Of a stretch of DNA of 64,000 bases, positions 1-11,300 are shown piece after piece; position 1 is the stretch's first letter, and each line of letters starts with the position of its first letter. The notes under the pieces were generated by a model, which was given only the letters and a program-made list of their open reading frames with translations, had not been told where the DNA came from and did no database searches. A program made the position numbers and the translations under genes. The DNA comes from Planctomycetota bacterium (GTDB lineage Bacteria > Planctomycetota > UBA8108 > JACQVS01), in assembly GCA_028280485.1 (NCBI GenBank), contig JANQLS010000062.1, positions 5,899 through 69,898 on the forward strand, written 5' to 3'.

Positions 1-1027
1 CGAGATGGCGAACTCGTCGTTTGGCAATCTCCTCTCGAATCATTGGGTTTGGCATGTCTTTGTGGACTCGCGCTTTGATCCGAGATCGAGGCTGAACGGG
101 TAGCCGCTCCAAGGTAACCTTCATAAAATGATGTTTATTCAGGATGCCTTCCCAAGGATTGGATTGAACGAGTTTGTCAAACTCAGAGGGATCAAATTCA
201 ACGCCTTTGTCTCCCTCTGATTTTTCCTTTTTGGAAGAACCAGCATTCTCGATATAGGAGACATCCACAAAGAAGGTAACCCCTTTGAGAACGAGCTCGA
301 TCCCGGTCGCCCCTTCAGCACCTTCGGGTTGGAGCTCAACTGAATTAGGTTCAGCTGGACTGATTTTAGCTCTTTTAATTTCCCCTGATTGGGCGTGCAC
401 AATAAAGGGGAACGACAAGATCCCTTCGATCTCTCTTTTCTTTTCGGGGGAGAGATGAGATTGCTCATCGAGGCTCGATTTGAACATGCCTCCCAATCCC
501 AAGTTGTCGGTACTCTCACTAAAAATCGAGATATCGTAGAGATTTTCGTTCGAATAACGACTGACGTGAATGGTCGTCTTCTTTCCCAATTGGATCCGTT
601 TGTTCCAACCTTGTCCTAAATACTCTAGCTTATCGAGGAAGACTTGACCGAGGTTTCGCTTGGCGTAGCGGATCTCTGGAACGAGGTATCCATTGATGAA
701 GTAAGCCGAGACCGTAAAGACCAAGCCGATGATCAATGGGGCCATGACGAGTTGGCGATTCGAGATCCCAAAGCTTCGCATGGCGATCACTTCACGATCG
801 GCGATCAACCGACCGAAGACCAAGCTCGAGCCAAACAGGAGTGAAATCGGAATGGAGTGGTAGAGAGCGTAGGCAAAGGTTTGCCAAAAGAGAGGTAGGA
901 TCATGAAGAGATCAAATCCGTACTCTCGAATCGCCTGAATGGTAAAGACCGAGCCGTGAACGACCTCCAGCACGAGGAAGACGAGTCCCGAAACTTTGAG
1001 AATTTCCCCACCGATGTAGAACGACAT
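1..1027 (-). CDS. LptF/LptG (YjgP/YjgQ) family LPS export permease, C-terminus beyond window edge
   Basis: Not in the ORF track because no stop falls in the window. My manual translation of the minus strand starts at ATG 1027..1025 and reads MSFYIGGEILKVSGLVFLVLEVVHGSVFTIQAIREYGFDLFMILPLFWQTF...RSFGISNRQLVMAPLIIGLVFTVSAYFINGYLVPE. It stays open to position 1. The multi-TM N-terminus plus a periplasmic middle domain is typical of LptF/G permeases. Confidence 0.55.
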   Translation of the reverse strand, partial: MSFYIGGEILKVSGLVFLVLEVVHGSVFTIQAIREYGFDLFMILPLFWQTFAYALYHSIPISLLFGSSLVFGRLIADREVIAMRSFGISNRQLVMAPLIIGLVFTVSAYFINGYLVPEIRYAKRNLGQVFLDKLEYLGQGWNKRIQLGKKTTIHVSRYSNENLYDISIFSESTDNLGLGGMFKSSLDEQSHLSPEKKREIEGILSFPFIVHAQSGEIKRAKISPAEPNSVELQPEGAEGATGIELVLKGVTFFVDVSYIENAGSSKKEKSEGDKGVEFDPSEFDKLVQSNPWEGILNKHHFMKVTLERLPVQPRSRIKARVHKDMPNPMIREEIAKRRVRHL

Positions 1028-1375
1028 AGTGGTCGAGAGCTTTCTCTTTTTTCTCACCAACTCTTTCTTCTGGCCCGCGGCCTCATCAGAGGGGAGGACG
1101 GATTCGTTCATACGAGGGAGCTCTAATTTCACCATTTCGTTTGAATTCGATGTGTTGAAACATTCAACCAGAGAGCCTGTTTCAACGGCTACAGGAGATC
1201 AAGATAACGGACGAGGTGTTTCCATCTCATCCAGATTCCCTTCTAGATCGGCTCAGAAAGCCCGATAATTTAGGCCGATAATAAATAAAAGAAAGACTGG
1301 TCTTCGGGAGCATTTATACACTCTTCCCTTCGAACTTCCAGCCCCAGACAGATGCCGGACCTAGAAATCGTTGTA

Positions 1376-2323
1376 TCAGCTTTCACTCTTTGAGGTTGAG
1401 GGCTTGTTAAAAACTGTCAGATCGTGGGGAACAGAACTCTGTTCCTCCTCGGCGAGGATCGATTGAGGGGCGAAATGGTGTTGAATCGCAAGCTTCAATC
1501 CCTTGGAAGTGTGGGGCAGAGCTTCTCCGGTCACTTGGAGGCCACGTTCTCGTATCGCTTGGGAAGTCGTCGGTCCGATGGAGAAGATAGCGATGTTTTG
1601 TTCTCGGATCGCTCTTTCACCGTCGGGCTCGGTCATCGATAAAAAATTATGGAATGCCGAAGGACTGGCGAAAGCGATCGCATGGATGGGCTGTCTCGCA
1701 GTGATGCGGTGAAGAAACGGTTGGGCTTTTTGTCGTTCCTCAGGAAGGGTGCAATAGACGACAATCGGATCGAAAGAAATCCGAGCTTGCTTCAAGCCTT
1801 GGGGAAGCTCTTGGCGTGCGAGATCTCCTTGTGGAAAAAGGCAGCGATCCGACGAGGAAATCAGGGGAGAGCTTCCTTCAGGGAGGAGAAGCTCTTTCAA
1901 AGCTTGCGCGGTCCCCGCGACCACCATGCGCTCAACCTTAATCCCCATCGAAGCTAATTGAGAAGCCGTACTGGGCCCGACGACCCCAAATTTGAAGCGA
2001 CTCCAAATCGAATCGGGAACTTCAAATTCCCGGGCCTTGTCGAAAAATGTCTCTACTGCCACCGAACTCGTGAATAAAATCCATGAGTACTGATCGATTT
2101 GATTTAGGATTTCTTTGAGGGGCGCATCATCTTCAGGAGGGCCAAATCGAATACAGGGGACATTGATTACTTGCGCGCCTCGATCTTTGAGGTCTTTCTT
2201 TAAGACAATCCCCTTCTCTTCAGCGCGAGTGATCACGATGGTGATTCCCTTTAGGGGCTTGTCGATCGCTTCGACTTGGGAATCTCCCTTCGGTTCAACT
2301 GAAGATTTATCTTTAGAATTCAA
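1376..2323 (-). CDS. hemD: uroporphyrinogen-III synthase
   Basis: 315 aa. It has the HemD-like fold signature (ITIVITRAEEKG...FTSSVAVETFF...IGPTTSQAIRERG) and lies immediately downstream of hemC in the same orientation. Confidence 0.7.
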   Translation of the reverse strand: MNSKDKSSVEPKGDSQVEAIDKPLKGITIVITRAEEKGIVLKKDLKDRGAQVINVPCIRFGPPEDDAPLKEILNQIDQYSWILFTSSVAVETFFDKAREFEVPDSIWSRFKFGVVGPSTASQLASMGIKVERMVVAGTAQALKELLLPEGSSPLISSSDRCLFPQGDLARQELPQGLKQARISFDPIVVYCTLPEERQKAQPFLHRITARQPIHAIAFASPSAFHNFLSMTEPDGERAIREQNIAIFSIGPTTSQAIRERGLQVTGEALPHTSKGLKLAIQHHFAPQSILAEEEQSSVPHDLTVFNKPSTSKSES

Positions 2324-2349
2324 ATGCTGCGCTCTCTGCCTACGTGAAT

Positions 2350-3324
2350 TTAGGGTGACCTATCGGAGTGCTGTTCCTCTCGAATCTGACTTAAGATCTC
2401 TTCGGCCCCTCGACCTAAAAGATCTACCGCCAGTTTCTCACCTAAGCGATTGGGGTCATCTTTTTTTCCCGACATCTTACCGCGTAATGTCTTTTTTCCA
2501 TCGGGGGAGGCGACGATGGCTTCTAAATGAAGGTCCTCTTCTTGTTCACCGAAACTCGCCAAAGCCCCGGCAGGAATTTGGCAGCCCCCTCTCAAGCTCT
2601 GCAAGAAGGCTCGCTCACAGTCGACCTGAATACGAGAACGAGCATCCTCTAAACGATGAAGCCGTTGAAGAAGATCTTCGTCGTTTTCTCTTGCGACTAA
2701 ACCCAAAGCCCCTTGAGCGACGGCCGGAATGATCCAACTGGGATCGAGGACCTGTTGTATGAGATCTTGGCGATCGAGCCGCTTCAAACCAGCTTCCGCT
2801 AAGATCGTCCCTGCCAATCCTAGTTCACTCATTTTTCGCAAACGAGTTTGAACATTTCCTCTCAGGGGCACCGGAATTAAATCGGGGCGCCGAGCTAAAA
2901 CTTGTGCTTGGCGTCGGGGACTAGAGGTTCCAAACTTAGAGCCCTGAGGCAATTCATCTAATGAGATTCCCTGAGGGCTGATCCAAGCATCGAAGGGGCT
3001 CTCTCTGGGGGGAACGCAGGCGAGGGTGAGACCAGGAGCATCTTCGGTGGGAAGGTCCTTAAGGCTGTGAACCGCGACATCCACTTTGCCCTCCCGGGTG
3101 GCGAGATCGATGGCGCGAGTGAACACTCCCACCCCGATACTTCTAAAATCCTGATCCGGATAGAGTTCACCATCGGAGCGGATTTCTACGATTTCAACTT
3201 CGAGAGAAGGATCGTCAGCTTGAAGTAAATCGCGGATGTGATGCGCTTGCCAAAGCGCTAAGGGGCTAGCTCGAGTCCCGAGTTTGATCACGGGAGTCCT
3301 CCCCTTGACTCCGTTTCTCTCCAT
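2350..3324 (-). CDS. hemC: hydroxymethylbilane synthase (porphobilinogen deaminase)
   Basis: 324 aa with KLGTRASPLALWQA...AVHSLKDLPTE motifs. The listed ATG overlaps the hemA 3' end by 59 nt, so an in-frame GTG at 3291 (VIKLGTR) may be the true start. Confidence 0.85.
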   Translation of the reverse strand: MERNGVKGRTPVIKLGTRASPLALWQAHHIRDLLQADDPSLEVEIVEIRSDGELYPDQDFRSIGVGVFTRAIDLATREGKVDVAVHSLKDLPTEDAPGLTLACVPPRESPFDAWISPQGISLDELPQGSKFGTSSPRRQAQVLARRPDLIPVPLRGNVQTRLRKMSELGLAGTILAEAGLKRLDRQDLIQQVLDPSWIIPAVAQGALGLVARENDEDLLQRLHRLEDARSRIQVDCERAFLQSLRGGCQIPAGALASFGEQEEDLHLEAIVASPDGKKTLRGKMSGKKDDPNRLGEKLAVDLLGRGAEEILSQIREEQHSDRSP

Positions 3325-4609
3325 CGAGAAACAAACGTTGCAAGAATCGTACTTCAGTGGGGCTTAAGCCATCCCCATCCCGAAGGGATTTGAGTTTTGA
3401 AATCGGAAAGTGAACAAACTTTTTCATCATCGTCTCACTGAAACGATCTAGTAATTTCCAAGTCTCTTCCGGCAAGGTCGAAGATAGATTTTGGAGCTCT
3501 TCTTGCCTCATCTGTTCGAAGCGATCGATCAAATGTCGGATGACCGGATCGAGATGGATCCAATTCATCTGACTGAGGAACGTTCTCAATTCTCTTTGTA
3601 TGATCGATTCAGCTCGAGGAATTTCACTCTCACGGCTTTGAATATTTTTATTTACGATGTTCTCGAGGCTATCGACATTGAAGAGCCTGACCGAAGCAAT
3701 CTCAGAAATACTGGGATCGAAATCCCGAGGGACAGCTAAGTCGATAGCTATGAGAGGGCGATGTTGGCGATGGGTTAGAAGGGCTTCCAATCGATCTTTA
3801 CTGATGATGGGATCAGGAGCAGACGTCGAACTGATAACCACATCTGCCGCTTCCAAAACGCTATCGAGTTCATCGAGCGGACGATAGATCCCACCTCCGC
3901 CGAGTTTTTCAATCAGCAGCTGAGCTGTTTCAGCCGAGCGATTGACCACCGTGAAGGGCGCGACTCCGCGATCCTTAAAAGTTCTTGCGGCCAACTCGGA
4001 GACTTTTCCGGAACCAACGATCACCAGGTGTTTCCCGGAGAGTTTTCCCAATTCACTCTCAGCCGTTAAAACAGCGGCTTGGCCGTGGGTTAAACAACCT
4101 TCACCGAGCTCCGTATCCGTGCGGACCTTTCGACCCGTTTTGATCGCGGCGGGAAATAACTTATGGAAGATCCTTCCCACGGCACCTTCGGACTTGGCGA
4201 ATTCGAAGGCATCCCGGATCTGACCCAAGATTTGGCTTTCGCCAAGAATCTGCGAGTCCAAGCCCCCGGCCAGACGGAAGAGGTGATTCACGGCGTGGGA
4301 GTGTCGGTGGAAATAGAGATGAGCTTGAAAATGATCTTCCTGCCCTTGATGGGTTTCGTAGAAGACCGAGAGCATCCGATTGAGGTGAGGATCGACCTCT
4401 TGACTCGACATCCTGGAATTCAAGGGGAGACGAGCGTAGACCTCAGTACGGTTACAGGTAGACAAGACGACATTTTCGATACTGGAATCGATGTCCTTGA
4501 CCTTTTCAAAGAACAGGCGTGTCTTCGAAGGGTCAAAGACACAACGTTCTCTCAAATCTACCGGAGCTGTTTTATGATTCAGGCCAAAAATGACCAGCTG
4601 ATCAGGCAT
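3266..4609 (-). CDS. hemA: glutamyl-tRNA reductase
   Basis: 447 aa. LVIFGLNHKTAPVDLRE...LSTCNRTEVYA and an NAD-binding GSGK motif. It is the first gene of the hemACD operon. Confidence 0.85.
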   Translation of the reverse strand: MPDQLVIFGLNHKTAPVDLRERCVFDPSKTRLFFEKVKDIDSSIENVVLSTCNRTEVYARLPLNSRMSSQEVDPHLNRMLSVFYETHQGQEDHFQAHLYFHRHSHAVNHLFRLAGGLDSQILGESQILGQIRDAFEFAKSEGAVGRIFHKLFPAAIKTGRKVRTDTELGEGCLTHGQAAVLTAESELGKLSGKHLVIVGSGKVSELAARTFKDRGVAPFTVVNRSAETAQLLIEKLGGGGIYRPLDELDSVLEAADVVISSTSAPDPIISKDRLEALLTHRQHRPLIAIDLAVPRDFDPSISEIASVRLFNVDSLENIVNKNIQSRESEIPRAESIIQRELRTFLSQMNWIHLDPVIRHLIDRFEQMRQEELQNLSSTLPEETWKLLDRFSETMMKKFVHFPISKLKSLRDGDGLSPTEVRFLQRLFLDGEKRSQGEDSRDQTRDSS

Positions 4610-5626
4610 AAGCTAAATCAGAAAGCCTTAATTTTTACTAAACGAACCCGCGTTCCGAACGAGGAATATTTCCCCGGATGGGAAAAATTTGGGTCTGTAT
4701 CAAAATTTAATTTTAATTCTCTCAACAGGTCTCATCGAGAACTTCAAATGTCAGGAACGCCCCTTGCTAACGAATAGGGCGTCCTCTTCATGCTACCAAC
4801 TTAAGCTGATAGCAATCGACCTCCGGCATTTAAAAACACCGAATCGAAAGAACTCGTTAAGCTGCATCCAGAAATTCGTCCTCATCTGGAGATTTCTGAA
4901 CCTCGTTTTAGGTCAGGAAGATTCTAGAAGAAATTCAAAGCCCTGTCACTGGGAAATAGCTCACCCTGAACTCTTTTAATCAGATTTAGGATTATCCCTA
5001 AAAGCTGATTTTAAAATGGTTAAGGTGACCTTTACTCAGTGAAGCTTCCCAGGTTGTTCAATTCTCTTCATTCAGAAGCCCAACTTGTAACTCTCACAAG
5101 TGGGGCAGCTCGAATAGATCCCAGCCTAACAAAGGGTCTTCTGGTTTATCCATTCCATCAAACCTCCGCAAAGCATTTGATGTGAGGTTACCCCCTAAAT
5201 TTTCATCCCCAACCCAGACTCAGGCAGAACCCAGTGTGAGTACCAGTTTGAGTATCTGGGAGGGGACTTCCAAGTTCAGGGAACCGAAAGACCAACACAC
5301 AGTTTAAAAGATTTAAGGCAAAATTCTCCCCTAAATTTTACTCAGCTTACGCAATTAACATTCCATTTTGCCGCAGGTTAGCCCTTCACGACCTAAAAAT
5401 TGAGGTTGAAGTCCTCATCAAAACGAGATTTAAGTCACAAATAAGCGAATTGAGCCTTTTTCGACGTCTACTTAGTGGGTAGTATGCCTGGCTCTCGAAA
5501 TGAGAGCGTCGACGGTGATCGACCCTCCATTGAAGTCCCAGCTCGGGACTCCGGCTCGACAGGATCAGGAAAGACTGACGAACCGGATCATTCCCAGATC
5601 CAGTTATTAACCCCATCAGATTAACA

Positions 5627-6664
5627 TTGAATCGAAAAGAACTCTTTACTCAAGCTCTTCGCGGGCAGAATTCCACCCGCCCACCGGTCTGGCTCATGCG
5701 ACAAGCGGGTCGGTACATGAAGGAATACCGAGACCTCAAAGAAAAATACACCTTTAAAGAGATGTGCGAGACACCGGAGCTCGCTGTCGAGGTCTCTCTT
5801 CTCCCCCATCAACTTCTCGATATCGACGCCCTTATCGTCTTCAACGACATTCTTATTCCTTTGGAACGGATGGGGGCTCCCTTGACCTATGCGGACGGCG
5901 GCCCTCGATTTTTAGAACCCGTTCGCGATCAGGCGGCCTTCGAGAAGCTTCACGATATCGATCCCCGCACCGACAGCTCGAGCATCCTCAACACCATCTC
6001 CGAACTCGTTCGGTTGATGGATGGCGAAAAGGCCGTCTTAGGATTTGCGGGCGCCCCGTTCACCTTAGCCTCTTATTTGGTTGAAGGTAAACTCGGCCAA
6101 GGAGTTGAAACTCTGAAAAAGGTGATGTTTGAAAATCCCAAATTCATCCATCAACTCTTAGAGTCTCTCACCAGAATGACAACCGATTACTTAAGCGCAC
6201 AAGCCGAAGCCGGCGCGAGCGCCGTTCAGCTCTTCGACACCTGGGCGGGCCATCTCGCTCCAGCCGAATACGAAGAATTCGCTTTGCCTTACCACCAAGA
6301 GATCTTTAAGGCCTTAAAAGAAAAGCACGGTGACACCACCGGTACTATTCTTTACGTACGGGACTCGGCGCACCTTATTTCTCAGATGAGTCGCTCGGGA
6401 GCGGATACTTTGAGTATCGAATGGCGAACTTCGATTCGCCAAGTCCGCCAGCAAGTCGGGGATCAATTCTCCCTTCAAGGGAATCTCGACCCGACAGCCC
6501 TCTTTGCTTCACCCGCTGAGGTGGCTCAAAGAACTCAACAAATCTTAGAAGAAAACCGGGGAGACCCGGGCTACATCTTTAACTTAGGTCATGGGATTCT
6601 TCCCAAAACTCCGGTTGAATCCGTTCGCGCCTTAGTCGATACGGTCAAAAATTTTTCACCTTAA
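5627..6664 (+). CDS. hemE: uroporphyrinogen decarboxylase
   Basis: 345 aa with PVWLMRQAGRYMKEYR...FNDILIPLE, the canonical HemE N-terminus. Confidence 0.9.
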   Translation: MNRKELFTQALRGQNSTRPPVWLMRQAGRYMKEYRDLKEKYTFKEMCETPELAVEVSLLPHQLLDIDALIVFNDILIPLERMGAPLTYADGGPRFLEPVRDQAAFEKLHDIDPRTDSSSILNTISELVRLMDGEKAVLGFAGAPFTLASYLVEGKLGQGVETLKKVMFENPKFIHQLLESLTRMTTDYLSAQAEAGASAVQLFDTWAGHLAPAEYEEFALPYHQEIFKALKEKHGDTTGTILYVRDSAHLISQMSRSGADTLSIEWRTSIRQVRQQVGDQFSLQGNLDPTALFASPAEVAQRTQQILEENRGDPGYIFNLGHGILPKTPVESVRALVDTVKNFSP

Positions 6665-6691
6665 ACGAAGCTTAAAACCAAAGATTTCAAA

Positions 6692-7993
6692 ATGAGTTTA
6701 CGCGAATCCCAAGAACTGTTTCAACGAGCCCAAAAAGTCATCCCCGGCGGAGTCAACTCTCCGGTGAGAGCCTTCGGATCCGTGGGAGGAGACCCGGTCT
6801 TCTTCGAACAAGGCCGAGGCTGCCATCTTTACGATGTGGCCGGTCGTGAATATATCGACGTGATGGCCTCTTGGGGACCTCTCATCTTGGGGCACGCCGA
6901 TTCGAGAATTGAAAGCGCCGTACGCCAAGCACTAGAAAAGGGGACGACCTTTGGTGCCTCGACCCAAAAGGAAGTTGAACTCGCCGAATTGATCGTTCAA
7001 TTCGTTCCTTCCATCGAGAAAGTTCGCTTGGTGAGTTCCGGTACTGAAGCGACGATGACCGCCTTGCGCTTAGCCCGAGGAGCCACGGGACGAGATCGCG
7101 TCATCAAGTTTGAAGGTTGTTATCACGGACACAACGACAGCTTCTTGATTAAAGCAGGATCCGGGGCCCTCACCCTGGGCGTGCCTTCAAGCCCGGGAGT
7201 TCCTAAAGCGCTCGCTGAACTCACCTCCAGCGCGAAGTTCAATGACTTAGCTTCGGTTGAAGCTTTGCTCAATGAACACAAAAATGAATACGCGGCGATC
7301 ATCGTCGAACCCATAGCCGGAAACATGGGAGTCGTTCCTCCCCAAGATGGATTCTTGCAAGGCCTCAGAAAACTCTCGACTGAACACGGTACGCTGTTGA
7401 TTTTCGATGAAGTCATCACCGGGTTCAGAGTGGGATCGGGTGGAGCTCAAGAACGCTTCGATATCGCTCCTGATCTCACGACCTTAGGTAAGATCCTGGG
7501 TGGGGGACTTCCGATGGGAGCCCTGGGAGGAAAAGCAGAACTCATGGATCAACTCGCCCCGACCGGACCTGTTTACCAAGCGGGCACCCTCTCGGGAAAT
7601 CCCCTCGCCACGGCTGCAGGTCTGGCGATGCTCAACACCATCAAAGCCGGTGGATCTGAGTTTTATCAAGATCTCGAGCTCAAAGGAAAAAGACTCCATT
7701 ACGGAATTCAGGAGGCGATCCAAGCCACTGGAGTCACCGCGCTCGTTCAGCGAGTCGGCAGTATGATGACGCTCTTTTTCAATGATGTTCCCGTTGTGAA
7801 TATGGATTCTTTGTCGAATCTAAAAACGGAGACGTACAGCAAATTTTTCCATGGCCTCCTCGAACGGGGCGTCTGTTTCCCTCCCTCTCAGTACGAAGCG
7901 TTCTTCGTCTCCCAGGCCCATCGCCTCGAGGATATCGATCGACTGATCGAAGTTATCGGGGATACGCTGAAGATGATTTCGGAAGCGGATTGA
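6692..7993 (+). CDS. hemL: glutamate-1-semialdehyde 2,1-aminomutase
   Basis: 433 aa with SQELFQRAQKVIPGGVNSPVRAF and a class-III aminotransferase PLP region (FDEVITGFRVG). Confidence 0.9.
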   Translation: MSLRESQELFQRAQKVIPGGVNSPVRAFGSVGGDPVFFEQGRGCHLYDVAGREYIDVMASWGPLILGHADSRIESAVRQALEKGTTFGASTQKEVELAELIVQFVPSIEKVRLVSSGTEATMTALRLARGATGRDRVIKFEGCYHGHNDSFLIKAGSGALTLGVPSSPGVPKALAELTSSAKFNDLASVEALLNEHKNEYAAIIVEPIAGNMGVVPPQDGFLQGLRKLSTEHGTLLIFDEVITGFRVGSGGAQERFDIAPDLTTLGKILGGGLPMGALGGKAELMDQLAPTGPVYQAGTLSGNPLATAAGLAMLNTIKAGGSEFYQDLELKGKRLHYGIQEAIQATGVTALVQRVGSMMTLFFNDVPVVNMDSLSNLKTETYSKFFHGLLERGVCFPPSQYEAFFVSQAHRLEDIDRLIEVIGDTLKMISEAD

Positions 7994-8061
7994 TAAGCTT
8001 TTTTTAAATCTAAGATGATTCTGTAGCGCCACCCCGAGACTACGATTTTTTTAACAAACCC

Positions 8062-8214
8062 TTAGTAAGCCCGGAGCGTCAGCGACGGGATCTCGTTGAG
8101 AAAATCCCCTTTGTGGCATGCTTTTATCGACGGCCAAGGCCTTTATGCTCGTCCCATAAAGCCTTTAATCAAAAGTTTAATCGTGTCCCGTCGCTTACGC
8201 TTCGGGCTAGTTAA
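8062..8214. repeat. Palindromic element copy 1 (subfamily B). The 29-bp terminal inverted repeats ttagtaagcccggagcgtcagcgacggga / tcccgtcgcttacgcttcgggctagttaa flank about 95 bp of unique sequence.
   Basis: Read directly from the sequence. The arms are reverse complements with two mismatches or wobbles. The element sits 3' of hemL. Confidence 0.8.
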
Positions 8215-8381
8215 ATTTATCGTGCTGGGACAAGCCCAGGCGCTACAGGCGAAAATCCATTTAAATTTATTGCCGCATCGGAAGATTTCTTGGGAAGATC
8301 CGTCCTCATTTCACTTAAAATAACCGATTAAACATAAGATTAATCCCCCTGAGAACCAAACCCCTCTGGAGCATTCCATCG

Positions 8382-11300
8382 ATGAGCCATCGTTGTTTTC
8401 CTCTTAGCTACCTACTTCTCGTTGCCGTTACTTTTTTAACATTAACGGTCGCCTCCCCACTGAATTCCGATGAACAAAATTATTGGATTCACACCTTTAA
8501 GCACCACGAACTCTCCGACAAGTTCTATTCAGAGGGAGCGACTTTTGGAGACATCGATGGCGATGGGAATAACGATATCATTTCGGGCCCCTTTTGGTTT
8601 GAAGGCCCCGACTTTAAAACTCGACACGAGTTCTACCAACCCAAAGTTTTCAACGTGAAGGGTTACTCCAATAACTTCTTCCCTTATGTCTACGACTTCA
8701 ATAAGGATGGCAAGAACGACATCCTCATCATCGGTTTCCCTGGGCAAGATGCATCTTGGTTTGAGAACCCCGGAAAAAAAACCACTCACTGGAAACGTCA
8801 CCTCGTTGTCGACGAAGTGAGCAACGAGTCTCCCTCCTTCACTGACATCGATAATGATGGTAAACCCGAAATCGTGGGGATTAGTAAGGGACGTTACGGC
8901 TACTCCGAATTCAATTGGGATAAGCCTCACGAGAAGTGTCGCTTCATCGCCATTTCTCCGGATCATAAATACGGCCGCTTCACTCACGGAATGGGAGTGG
9001 ATGATGTTAATGGCGATGGTCGAAAAGACCTTATCGAGAAAAACGGTTGGTACGAACAACCCTCCAAATTAGACGGTTCTTTGTGGAAGCATCATCGCTT
9101 TGACTTCGTCCCGGGTACAGCTCAAAAGGTTGGCGTTCCCGGCGCAGGTGGGGCTCAAATGTACGCTTACGATGTCGATGGGGATGGAGATCAGGACATC
9201 ATCACTAGTCGTAATGCTCATAACTGGGGATTAGTTTGGTATGAAAATTTAGCTTCGAATGGCGCAAAGGTGGGTCAATTTCATCCGCACCTTATCATGG
9301 GACGCCCCGATGAACCCGCCAAGTACTCCTTGCGAATCGCCCAATTGCACGGAATCGACTTAGTCGACATGGATGGTGATGGGCTCAAAGATATTGTTAC
9401 TGGAGTACGCGTCTGGGCTCACTATGGAGACAAATCTGCCGAACCTCCCGGGAAAGTTTATTGGTTCAAACTGGTCCGCCAAAAAGATAAGACGGTGGAT
9501 TGGGTTCCCCAAAAAATTGATCACAACTCGGGAGTCGGTGTCATGGTCAAAGCGGGGGACGTCGATGGAGATCAACTTCCCGATGTCGTCGTGGGAAACA
9601 AAAAAGGGATCTACTATTTAAAACACCAACGAACGAAAGCGACTCGCGCAGCCTGGAAGAGAACTCAACCCAAAGTCTTTCATACGAAAGGACTCTCTCC
9701 TCAACAAGCCGTCGAAGAGATGACTTTTCCCGAGGGCTTCGAAGTGGAATTAGCAGCCGGTGAACCTTTAGTTCACCAACCGGTAGCCTTCACCGTAGAT
9801 TCCAAGGGACGTCTCTGGGTAGCCGAGGCTCACACGTATCCAACCCGCGTCGGAGGCACCAAAGGAAAGTGGAACGCAGGTAAAGATAAAATCGTGATCT
9901 TAGAGGATCGCGATCAAGATGGAAGCTTTGAAACTCGCAAGGTCTTCATCGAGAACGTCAATCTCATCAGTGCTCTCGAAGTAGGATTCGGTGGAGTATG
10001 GGTTGGGGCTGCACCTTACCTATTATTCTTCCCCGATGCCGATAAAGATGATCGCCCCGACGGAGAGCCAAAGATTCTTTTAGATGGTTTCGGGATTCAG
10101 GACACCCATGAAACTCTCAACTCCTTTCGCTGGGGGCCGGATGGGTGGCTCTATTCCTGCCACGGAATCTTCACTCATTCCTTAGTGGGCAAACCGGGTA
10201 CGCCTGTAGATCAACGGACTCCAATGAATGCCGCTTACTGGCGCTACCATCCCCAACGACACGAAGTAGATGTCTTCGCCTGGGGAACGAGTAATCCTTG
10301 GGGCATGGATTTTAATGATTACGGGCAAGCCTTCAGCTCTGCTTGCGTGATTCCTCACCTCTACCACGTTATCCAAGGAGCACGCTACGTACGACAGGCT
10401 GGGCGACACTTCAATAAATACGTTTACGACGATATCAAGACCATCGCCGACCATCTACACTTTGTGGGAAGCCTCCGCGATCACGCTTGGTGGGGCCACG
10501 AACCGAGAACTCCTCAAAACACTTTAGATGCCGGGGGAGGCCACGCTCACTGCGGGATGATGGTTTACCTGGGCGATAGTTTTCCAGATACTTACCGTAA
10601 CCGTCTCTACATGAATAATATTCATGGGAACCGAATCAATGAAGAGATCACCATTAGAAATGGCTCCGGTTATATCGGCACGCACAGCCCAGATATTGTC
10701 ATCGCCAATGATGCTTGGTTTCGAGGTATAGCCTTAAGATTGGGCCCAACTGGAGATTTCTATTTCTCGGACTGGTACGACAAGAATGCGTGCCATCGAA
10801 CGAATCCTCTAGTTTGGGATCGAAGCAACGGACGTATCTATCGCTTGAGTTACGTAGGACCTTCAGGCAAAGCCCGAAGACTTAAAGTTGATCTCCAGAA
10901 AAAGAGCAATCGCGAACTCGTCGACCTTCAACTTCACAAAAACGATTGGTTTGTAAGAACCGCGAGAAGAATTCTTCAAGAACGTCAACCCGACCCGACG
11001 ACTCACAAGAGCTTGATGGGAATCGTATTTAACAACAAAGACACTACGAGAAGGCTTCGAGCCCTTTGGGCCCTCCACGTTACTCAGGGACTTCAAGCAG
11101 GACATCTCGGGGTCCTGCTGAAGGATCAAGATGAATATATCCGAGCTTGGGCGGTACAACTCTCCTTAGAGGAGCCAGGAAAATTCAGCTCACTCTATCC
11201 CAGCATCGCCAAATTGGGAGCTCGTGAGCCATCACCAACAGTAAGACTTTACTTAGCTTCTGCACTCCAGCGCTTACCGGAGAATTTCGGTAAGCAGTTA

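Noticed and set aside
139-844. Track ORFs 139..519(-), 389..619(+), 644..844(+)
   Set aside because: They lie inside the LptF/G-like minus-strand reading frame (1..1027), which gives a coherent transmembrane protein. These translations are low-complexity and overlapping.
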